DNA of 50,066 nt from an uncultured Bifidobacterium sp. (GTDB lineage Bacteria > Bacteroidota > Bacteroidia > Chitinophagales > Chitinophagaceae): the NCBI GenBank assembly GCA_964519155.1, contig CAZFKA010000001.1, positions 7,759 through 57,824 on the forward strand, written 5' to 3'. A model generated the notes under the pieces. That model was not told the origin of the DNA, made no database searches, and was given only the letters and a program-made list of their open reading frames with translations. Positions 36,702 through 48,700 of this stretch are shown here, piece by piece. The position numbers and the translations under genes were made by a program. The number at the start of each line of letters is the position of its first letter. Positions within the stretch are counted from its first letter, which is position 1.

Positions 36702-39700
36702 CTATCGGATCAGACTAATGTCGCCTTTTTTGGTATAGGTCTTTCCATCAGTCATACAGATATAGCGCATGATATAGAAATACGTATTTACATCAGCATC
36801 TTTTGCTGTATTCTGATATTTACCATTCCATCCGCTTCTGAAATTATTGGTACCCCAAACCCTGACGCCCCAGCGATCGAATACATCAAACTGAATGAGT
36901 TCAACGCCGGTTGCCGTAGTCATTCTGAATACATCGTTGTTACCATCCCCGTTCGGTGAAAATGCATTCGGAATAAACACCTCTTCACAGCATGGCCCCG
37001 GATCGATCGTCACAGTATCAACAATTTTACAACCATTGGCATCCAACACCTCCACAATATAGCGACCAAATACCAGTCCTTCAATTTTGTCGGTGACCTG
37101 CGGAGGTTCAGTGTTCCAAAGATAAGTGTAGGGAGAAGTTCCTCCACTGACCACAGCCTGAGCCCAACCTTCCACACCGGTTCCGTAGCATCCAAGATCC
37201 TTCTTTGTGATATAAAGATTTACCGGATTGCTTGGTGGCATGACGGTTATGATCGAATCCCATTCGCACAACGAAGTGTCTTTAATAGTGAGGGTATAGG
37301 TTCCTTCTTCGAAGCCATAGAATAATCCGGATTTATTGACATGTAATCCCGGTCGGATGTAATACGTATATCCTCCCCTTCCGCCGGCGCCCACAACGTG
37401 TATCTGTGCATCCTTGGCTCCGGTGCAACTTTCTGTCTTAATGGTCAGTGACCCCGCATGAACCGGTTCAGGTTGTGGCAGCAGGAACAAGGAATCGCGA
37501 CGACATCCCATGACATCAGTGATAGTCAGCAAATGATATCCACCAATAATATTGTTGAAATAGCCATTGGCTTGCCCCACATTATTGTCGAGATGATAAG
37601 TTAGTGGATTCACGCCACCTATAGCGGTGAAATTAATCATTCCATTAGCATCACCATAGCAGATGGGTTCGCGCCAGGTAACCTCCGTAATGACGATCTT
37701 ATCATTTTGTTTCACATCAACTAGCGATGTAATGGTACAATTAGCAGCATCTGTTGCGGTTACGGTATACACTGTTGCCGGTAAATGTGCGAAGAAGCCT
37801 AACGGGAATTGTGTACCCAAAGCCGGAGAAATACTATACACAATACCGCCGGTACCACCCGTTGCCTGCACGGTTATAGAACCGGTGCTGTCGCCATAAC
37901 AAATAACGTCGACATGCGATAAGGCAGTAAAGACAATAGCCGGCGGTTCTGTGATGACAATATTCTGCACTTGATTTGTACAACCATTGGCATCAGTCAA
38001 CACTACAGTATAGGTGCCAGCGGTGACATTTTGAAAATCACCATTGTTATTTGACACACCCGTTGGGTTGAGTACAAATGTATAAGGCGTTGTACCGCCA
38101 GATGCGTTCACTAAAATCGCTCCTGTATTACCTCCATGGCAAATAACATTTTGTGTCGACACCAAATTCATCAACAAGGGTGCCGGCTCGGTTATAGTTG
38201 CTACAGACGAAGCACTACATAGGTTCGCATCAGAAACCGACACAGTATATGTACCCGGCGTAAGTCCCGTAAACTGCCCGTTATTATTGATCACGTTTCC
38301 GGGTTGCAATACATAGGTCAATGTACCTGTACCGCCAACAGCTACAGCATTGATACTGCCATCATTGTTACCAAAACACGAAATATTGGTGACGATAAAC
38401 GTACCGAATGTGATGATCGCCGGATTAACAACGGCAATGGTTGTGGTATAAGAACAGTTGTTTGCATCCGTCACTGTAATGGTATAAGTGCCCCCACCCA
38501 GGTTGGTAAACAAGCCCGTAATGTTATTCGTGTTGGTTGGTTGCAAATTGTAATTCAGCACGCCTGAGCCGCCTGTGCAAGCAACGGTAATGGTGGCATC
38601 CTGGGCATTATTACAACTTACGTTTGTAGCAGAAATTGAAACCAGTGTGATTGGCGGCGGTTGAATAATGTTAAACGAGGTACTGAGGGTACAGTTATTG
38701 GCATCGGTGATGGTCACCGTATATCCATTAGGTGCCAGTCCTGTAAACGCACCACTTTGGTTGGTAATATTCCCCGGCATCAGGGTATAATTGAGAATAC
38801 CTGTTCCTCCACTGGCATACAGGTTGATCGTGCCGTCATTAAAATTATTGCACGAGATATCGGTATAAAAAGCAGAATCGATCACCAGCGCAGGAGGCTG
38901 AAAAACAAATACAGCCGTACTGATACTGCATCCGTTAGCATCGGTAGCAACGATCGTATACGTAGTATTGCCCACCAGGTTGTTGAAGGTAGCCGGTGGT
39001 ACAAAATTGGCCAGCGGGTTAATGGTATAGGTGATAGCCCCTGTACCACCGGTAGTCGTGACATCGATCGTTCCGTTTTGTGCACCATTACATAATGCTC
39101 CGTTGGCAACAATATTTGTAAAGATCAATGCAGGTGGTTCGGAAATCGTAACGATCGTATTGACTCCGCATCCATTCGCATCAATCACGAATACTGTATA
39201 GATACCGGCTACCAAATTCGGGAATACACCGGTAAGATTAGTGATATTGTTGGGTTGCAGGGTATAGTTGATCGTACCTGTACCTCCTGTAGTGACAACG
39301 GTGATATTCCCATTGTTTCCGCCATTACATAAAATATCAACAAATGTCGTACTAGTGATTACCGGGCCTGATGAAGTAACTATGTTGAAGATGCTGCTAC
39401 TGGTACAACCATTTGCATCTTTCACGGTTGCAGTATAGATGCCGGTACACAACGCACTGAACAATGGAGCTGCCTGGAAATTTATTCCATCAATACTATA
39501 CGTATAGGGTGGCAGACCACTACTAGCCGTAATACTTGCCGTAGCGTCACATCCGGGGATACAACTGGCCGTAGTGGTGGCAATATTGGTGATCAGTGGA
39601 ACATTAGGAGCCAACACATTGTATACCGATGTTACCGTGCAACCATTGGCATCAGTTACCGTAATGGTGTAGTTGCCTGTACCGATATTATTGAATACAT

Positions 39701-42700
39701 TGCCGACTTGATTTGCACCACCGATGCTGTATTGATAGCCGGGCGTTCCACCTGATGCCGTGATCGTAATGGTACCATCATTACCGGGTACACAGGTCGG
39801 TGTGGTATTAGTTACATTACTGATCACTAACGGCGTGGGTTCGGTCAATGTCATCGTTGTTGTGATGCTACATCCATTGGCGTCTGTGGCTGTAATGGTA
39901 TACGTTCCCGCGATTAGTGTGGTAAATGATCCGGTTTGATTGCCAATATTATTGGGTTGCAACAGGTAGTTGATTATACCCGTTCCGCCACTTGCGGTAA
40001 TATTAATACTGCCATCATTACCTCCATTACAACTGATATTGGTGCTTGTAGCGGCATTCCACACAAGCTGAGTCGGCTCGTTGATCGTGATAATGCTAGT
40101 GAGTGTACAACCATTGGCATCAGTTGCGGTCAATGTGTATACAGCAGCAATCAGGTTATTGAACAAACCGGTCAGGTTATTCTGATTTCCTGCCTGCAAA
40201 TTATAACTGATTACACCAACACCGCCAGTTGCACTCGCAGTAATGCTGCCATCATTGCCACCATTACAACTCACATCCGTACTTGCAACGGAAACCCAGC
40301 TTAGAGCAGTAGGTTCATTTACTTGCACAGTAGTACTCACCGAGCAGTTAGCAGCATCCACAGCATTGATCGTATAAATACCGGCAGTGAGGTTATTGAA
40401 TACACCTGAACCGTTGGTGATATTGTTTGGCAACAAGGTATAGTTGATACCTCCCGCGCCGCCGACAGCGGTGACATTGATTGTGCCATCATTGCCACCA
40501 TTGCAGGTGACGGGTGTGCTCACGGCGTTGGTAAACGAAGGAGCATTGGGCGCTGTTACCACATATACACTTGTCACGGTACAATTATTCGCATCGGTCA
40601 CAGTAATCGTATAATTACCTGTTCCGATATTATTAAACAAGTTTGAAAGCTGATTTGCGCCGCCGATATTATACTGATAGGCGGGTGTTCCACCTGCTGC
40701 TGTAATCGTAATACTTCCATCGTTACCCGGAACACAACTCGGTGTAGTGTTTGTCACATTGGTAATTTGCACCGGCGTAGGCTGATTCACCGTTACCGTT
40801 GTCGTGATACTACAACCAACAACGTCAGCGGCAATAATGGTGTAAACACCTGCAGTAAGATTGTTGAAAATACCGGTTTGATTGGTGATATTACCTGGCA
40901 TGATATTATAGTCCATTGGGGACAGACCTCCCGTGGCTAAAACAGTTACGATACCATCACTACCACCATTGCAGCTTACATCGGTAGCAACAGCAGAATT
41001 CCACACCACCTGAGTCGGTTGCGTAACATTGATCACAGTGCTCAATGTACAACCATTGGCATCAGTTGCAATAAGCGTGTAGGTATTTGCTGAAAGATTG
41101 ATGAAAATACCGGTTTGATTAGTCATATTCACCGGTTGCAATACGTAGTCGATGATTCCCATGCCACCGGTCACGAGTGCTGTAATCGTAGCATTGGACC
41201 CGCCATTGCAAGTGACGTTAGTATGGGTGAGTGTTGTCCAAACCATCGCCGGTGGCTCTGTGATTTGAATAGTAGTTGTTACGGAGCAATTACTGGCGTC
41301 AACAGCATTTACCGTATAAATACCTGCAGCAAGGTTGTTGAAAATGCCGGTTAGGTTGGTAATATTATTCGGCAATAAGGTATAGTTGATTCCCCCTGCA
41401 CCTCCGGTCGCTGTTACGGTTATGCTGCCGTTAGTGCCTCCATTGCAACTCACGGGCGTATTTGCTGCATTTGTATACGTTGGCGCATTGGGTGCTGTAA
41501 CGATATAAACACTGCTGGTGGTGCAACCATTGGCATCGGTCACTGTTATGGTAAAATTGCCTATTCCAATATTGTTAAACACATTTCCGGGCTGAGCAGG
41601 CCCACCGATACTGTAGGTGTATGTCGGGGTACCGCCACTTGCGGTGATGGTAAGGGTTCCATCATTGCCGGGTACACAACTCGGTGTTGTATTAGTGACA
41701 TTGGTAATTTGCACAGGTGTTGGTTGGTTGATCGTTACCGTTGTCGTTATACTACATCCTACCACGTCAGCCGCAATTATGGTATATACGCCTGCTGTAA
41801 GATTATTAAACACACCTGTTTGATTGGTGATATTACCCGGCATGATATTGTAATCCATCGGCGCCAATCCACCCGTTGCCAATACCGTAATAGCCCCATT
41901 GTTGCCCCCATTGCAAGTTACATCAACAGCTGTCACCGACGACCATACCACTTGTGTGGGCTGCGTCAGGGTGACTGAAGTTGTTAGCGTGCAGCCGTTG
42001 GCATCGGTAGCCGTCATGGTATATACGTTCGCAGCCAGCCCGTTGAAAATGCCCGTAAGATTATTGATATTGCCCGGTTGAAGATTATAATTTATCGCAC
42101 CTTGTCCGCCGGTCACTGTGGCGGTGATCGTACCATTGACGCCACCATTGCAAGTGATATTGCTTGTCACCATGCTGACCAGTGTAAGGGCTGGTGGGGA
42201 AGTCACCACCACAATAGTACTCACAGAGCAACCATTGGCATCCACTGCATTTACGGTATAGGTACCTGCAATCAAATTCGGGAACAATCCGGTTAGATTG
42301 GTAATATTATTGGGTAAAAGCGTATAACTAATCACCCCATTACCACCCGTTGCTACCACAGAAATATCGCCATCTGCGGCACCAAAACAATTTTCCGGAG
42401 TCGATACAACACTCGTAAATACCGGGGCCTGCGAATTGGCGAGAGTCACAACGAGTATCACTTTACAATCGTTGACATCGGCAACTAAAATAGTATACGT
42501 GCCGGCTGCCAGGTTATTAAAGGTATTGCTGACTTGTGGCAGGCCGCCGTTGATGGAATAGGTATAGGGCGGAAGGCCTCCACTGACATTGACAGTGATG
42601 CTGCCATCATTACCCGGAATACATGATGGTGTTATGGTGGTATAGTTTACCAATTGGGTAGGTGGTGGCTGGGTAATAGTGAAACTTACCGTGGTACTAC

Positions 42701-45700
42701 AGCCATTTGCATCTGTTGCGACGATTGTATACGTACCGATTGCCAACGAATTAAAGAAACCGGTTTGGTTGGTGAGCCCAACAGGTTGCAAAGTATAGGT
42801 AATTGTTCCGGTACCCCCCGTAGCAGTTACGGAAACATTTCCATCGTTACCATTATAACACAATACATTCGCCACCAGTGGAACCCCCATCACCAGTGCT
42901 GGTGGAACGGTGATCGTAAATGTAGTGCTAACTGTACAACCATTGGCATCCACCGCATTCACCGTGTAATTGCCGGCAGCGAGGTTATTGAAAAATCCAG
43001 TCTGGTTGGTCACATTATTGGGTTGCAAAGTAAAATTCACCATTCCGGTTCCCCCTATCGTGCTTACAGTGACATCGCCGTCTGCTGCACCAAAACACAA
43101 AATATTATTGATGACCACATTCCCGATCGCCAGTACATTTGGTTGGGTAAGGGTGACAACGGTACTAACTGAACAATTGCTAGCATCGGTGACATTGACT
43201 GTATAAACACCTGCGACCAGATTATTAAATATCCCGGTAAGGTTGGTGATATTGTTCGGCATTAAAGTATAACTCAAAGCACCCACACCGCCAGTGGCTG
43301 TTATGGTGATCTGACCGTCACTGTTTCCAAAACACAATGCATTTGTAACGGCAACATAACTGATAGAGGGTGCAGAAGGATAAGCCACCACAAAAGCGGA
43401 AGATGCTGAACAGCCATTGGCATCGGTAATGGTCACTGTGTAATTTCCGGCACCCACATTTGTGAAAATATTCGACAATTGATTGGCCCCGCCGATGTTA
43501 TAATTATAGGGTAAAAGACCACCACTTGCGTTGATCGTGACGGTTGCGTCGTTACCGGGCACACAGGTTGGAATGGTACTGTTGATTCCGGCAATGACAA
43601 TTGGTGTAGTTTGCGTAATGGTCACCAGGGTAGAAATACTGCAACCATTGGCGTCAACCGCCTGAACCGTGTAATTACCAGACGCCAAATTACTGAACGT
43701 CCCGGAAATATTCACAACATTTCCGGGTAATAACGTGTAGGTGATGGTGCCTGTTCCGCCGTTGGTTGTGACGGCAATATTACCATCATTGCCATTATTA
43801 CAACTCACATTGCCAACAACAACAGTGGCCCATTGCAGTTGGGGAGGATCGATGACGGTAGTGGTACTGACCGTGCTGCAACCATTGATATCCGTTGCTG
43901 TGATCGTATATACCCCGGCGATCAGGTTGGAGAAAACACCGGTGATATTGGTCACATTTCCCGGTTGTAATACATACGTAATTGTTCCTGTTCCTCCACT
44001 AACAACTGCGGTGATACCCCCATCGCTACCCCCAAAACAACTGACCGGAGTTGAAGCCAGGGAAGTAAATATCATAGAATTCGGTGCACTGATCGTAGCC
44101 GTCGCTACTGTTGTACAACCATTTGCATCACTAACATTAATGGTGTAGGTGTTGGCTGCGAGACCAATAAAAATACCGGTATTATTAACGGCACCGCCGG
44201 GTGATAACGTAAATGTCATTGGCGGCGTTCCCCCTGTTGTGACAATGGTAATACTTCCATCATTGCTGCCATTGCAGGTTGCATTTACCGGTGTTACGTT
44301 GCTCACTACGGGAGCTCCGGGATTGGTGAGCGAAACAACATTTGTCAAAGTACAGTTATTGGCATCGGTCACCGTGATCGTATACGACCCACCGGCCAAT
44401 CCACTGAAAACATTTGAAACTTGATTCCCGCCACCAATATTATACGTGTAATTTGGTGTACCCCCACTTACGGTAATGGTTACGCTTCCATCATTGCCCG
44501 GAATACAGGAAGGTGGCGTAGTAGCAATATTTACCACAGTCAAAACAGGCGGTTGCGTTACAGTGATCGCCGTTGTAATGGTGCAGCCATTCGCATCAGT
44601 CGCTTTTACGGTATAGGTACCGGCATTGATATTATTGAACACACCGGTATTATTGTTTGTACCATTTGGTAATAACAAATAGGACATGGCTCCAACCCCG
44701 CCTGATGCACTCACCGTAATACTACCATCGATTAATCCATTGCACGAGGGACTTGTAAATGCTGTGTTGGTCCAAATGAGCGGTGTGGGTTGAGTCATCG
44801 TGACGACTGTTGACGATGAACAGTTGTTGACATCTGCCACGGTAATCGTGTAGGTGCCGATTCCGAGATTACTGAAAACCCCGGTCATATTGCTTAATCC
44901 CCCCGGATTTAAAAAGCAAGTAAAATTGCCCGTGCCTCCGGTGGCCGAAATCGTAAATGACCCATTCGTATCGCCATAACAAAGGGGTTGAGCGATTGCC
45001 ACATTGGTGATCACCACCGGTGCCGGATTAACAACCGTTATAGCCAGGCTGGCAGTACAATTGAGAATATCCGTTACCGTGACGGTATAAACCCCACCGG
45101 CCAGATTATTGAATATACCTGTAGCATTGTTTACGTTACCCGGCTGTAGCGTATAATTTAAAGCCCCCACACCACCACTTGCGGAAACGCTAATTGAACC
45201 ATCCGTGTCACCATTGCATGTGACCTGAGTTGCATTCACAAGATTGAGTATGGGTGGAACGGGTAAATACAATGTATCGAATACCATCGTTGTACATCCA
45301 TTTATATCGGTAACCGTAATGGTGTAGATTCCGGCACCCAAACCGCTGAAAACATTTGTTGGCTGAATAATCCCATTTAACTTATAGACATAAGGCTGCA
45401 CACCACCCGTGGCTGTAACGGTAATGGTAGCGTCATTGCCGGGCACACAACTGATAAGGGTATTGGCAACATTGGTAATGGCCATTGGTGATGGTTGCGA
45501 CAGATTAATAGTAACTGTTGTGGTACAACCATTCACATCAGTGGCTGTCACATTGTAAATACCAGCAGGCAGGTTAGGGAAATAACCCGTGAGATTATTG
45601 ACATTTCCGGGTTGTAAGTTGTAGGTAATCGGTGCTACACCTCCGGTGACCGTTGCATAAATATAACCGCTGTTGCCTCCTGCGCAAAATATGGTTGCAT

Positions 45701-48700
45701 AACTCACCGAGTCCCATTGCATGATTGGCAAAATGATAATGTTGACATTCGCCGTGACAAAACATCCATTGGCATCGGTAACGGTTACGATGTAATTACC
45801 CACTTGCAAATTAGGGAAATAGCCGGTTTGGTTGGTAATGTTACCGGGCTGCAACGTATAGGTTAATTGTCCGACTCCCCCACTGGCATAAGCATTAATA
45901 CTGCCTAGCATACCATTATTGCACAAAATATCCTGATGAATAATGCTGTCGATAATGATCATGACCGGTGCCGTGATCGTGACGATCGTTTGGGTGCTGC
46001 AATTGTTGATATCCACTGCCGTGATGGTGTATGAACCTGCAGGCAAATTGGGGAACACTCCGTTTTGATTCACCACATTGCCCGGTTGCAGCGTATAATT
46101 GATTTGACCATTCCCTCCGGCCGTTTGAGCGATAATGCTACCATTGCCACCACCAAAACAATTTACATTTTGTACAATTACATTGGTAAACTGCGGAGAA
46201 TTCGGTGTGATGACGTTCACCACACTGGTTGCCGTACAATTGTTTGCATCGGTAACCGTTACTGTATAGTTACCTTGTCCAACATTTGCAAAAATATTAC
46301 CCGGCTGATTGCCCGCTCCTAAATTGTAATTGAATGGCGCCGTACCACCGGCCACCGTAACATCAACAATGCCATTGTTTCCGGGAACACAATTGGGCGG
46401 AGTGATCACAACATTTGTAATTTGCAATACACCCGGATCAATGATATTGATGATCGTTGATATACTGCATCCATTAGCGTCTGTCGCTGTCAACGTATAT
46501 ACATTGCCGCTAAGATTATTGAAGTTACCGGTTAAATTGGTTTGCCCGCCCGGCATTAATGTATACGTAATGGCGCCCACACCACCCGTAGCTGTAGCGG
46601 CAATACTGCCATTATTGGCCCCATTGCAAGTGACATTTACAGCCGTCACATTATTCCAGTTCAGCATCGTTGGTTGAGTAATATTGACAACCGTAGTGTT
46701 GCTACAGTTATTGGCATCGATGCCCGTAACGGTGTAGGTTCCGGCAACAAGCCCTGTAAAGATTCCGGTATTATTTAAAAGACCACCCGGTTGTAAAAGG
46801 TAAGTAAAACCACCTGCGCCGCCACCGGCCACTATTGTCATGGTTCCGCTGGCTTGTCCGTTACAAACGACCGGTGTTGTTGTTACTGAAGGAAACGTAA
46901 TTGCCGGCGGGGGAGCAATAACGACAACTGTTGACGCCGAACAACCATTGGCATCCACTGCCTGAACAGTGTAAGTGCCGGCCGCCAAACCGCTGAAGTT
47001 TCCGGTATTGTTATTAATCCCCGGAGGCGTGAGGGTATAGGTGATGACACCAACACCACCGGCTGCAACAACAGATAAACTACCATTTGATAAACCGTTG
47101 CAGGTTGGACTTCCAGTTACCACCGATGGAAAGGTTATCGGTATGGGTTGGGTTACAGTAATGGCAGTTGTCAATGTGCATCCGTTAGCATCGATAGTGG
47201 TTACCGTATATGTGCCGGCAGCAAGATTTGGAAAGATCCCTGTAAGGTTATTGATATTGCCTGGATTCAGCGTATAGTTCAACGCGCCATTGCCCCCATT
47301 GGCCACAACGGTGATACTTCCATTATTGGCCCCATTACAGATAGCGGCTGTTGCGGTCGTACTGATGTAAGTGATGGCCGGCGGTTGGGTTATCGTTACT
47401 ACGGTACTGATACTGCAGCCATTATTGTCTGTCGCTGTAACCGTGTAGGTACCAACAGGAAGGCCATTAAAAATTCCATTCGCATTGTTAACATTACCCG
47501 GCATGAGGTTAAACGTATAAGCCGGTGTTCCTCCTGTGGCCACCGCTGTTATACTACCGGTGCTGGCATTTGCGCACAACACATTCACATTGCTTACCGA
47601 AGACCAATTCAACACACTTGGTTCGGTAATTACCACAACTGTTGTGTTGCTGCAACCATTGATATCTACTGCGGTTACGGTATAGGTATTGGGTGAAAGA
47701 CCTGTAAAATTACCGGTATTGTTATTGGCACCACCGGGCATGAGGGTATAACTAAAAGGTGCTAAGCCACCGCCGGCTTGTGCCGTAATGGAACCATCGT
47801 TCGAACCGTTGCACAACGCATTGGTATGGGTAACCGATACCCAGGTAACGGGCGGCGAGTTAGTGATATTGATCACTAGGGTTGACGTACAATTGAGAGA
47901 ATCGGTTGCTGTAATCGTATAGGGTTGTGCACTCAAACCGGTGAATGTTCCGGGTGGCGCCTGTACGGCATTTGGATTGATGGTGAGCACCAAAGGACCA
48001 GTACCCCCGGATGCTGAAATCACTACCTGCCCCGAATTTGGCAAAGCACAGGTGGTGCCCGTGATCACAGGATTGCTGAAAACAATCGGGGGCGGTTGTA
48101 TAATATTGACGATCGTTGACGTCGTGCAACCCGTGGCATCAGTGGCCGTCAGGGTGTATTGGGTTTGGTTCAGACCGGTAAAAATACCGGTGACATTATT
48201 ATAGTTGCCCGGATTAAGGTTGTAGTTCACCACACCCACAGCATTGATCACGGTGGTAGAATTTATACTGCCGGCATTCAAACAAGTAGCGTCTGTGACA
48301 TTGACATTTGTGATGGTAATCATGTCGCAAGTACCCGGAATAGTAACGGGAATACGGGCAATACAACCGGCGATATTTCCCGTACAACAAGTGGCATATA
48401 GTGTAGTGCCCGCGGGGCAAGCGGGGCCCACCGGATCGTAAATAAATGGAGAGCCCGTACCAACCAGATTTCCGGCAACAGGATCGTCCCACCAGCTCAC
48501 ACTATTGTTGCATGATCCCGTCAATGTTGCTGTATAATTGACATTGCCACCCACACAAGTGCGTACTGGTGCAGCAGCCGTCGGGTTGATGGGTGTCGGT
48601 GCACAAGGATTGGTGGCAATGGTGAACTGCACATTATGGGCTAGCAGATCATTAAAATTCCAACATCCGGTTTCTCCGTCTGACGAACCGTGCAAAATAA

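Noticed and set aside
33272-46391. Both the tail-fibre-like protein and the adhesin use ~78-aa repeat units, suggesting a shared origin.
   Set aside because: The consensus sequences are unrelated (NRK.VLYE..NDH..G.GIN..RYQVG versus C.G..DG.I...GG.G..Y.L.PGN). The equal length is most simply coincidence.
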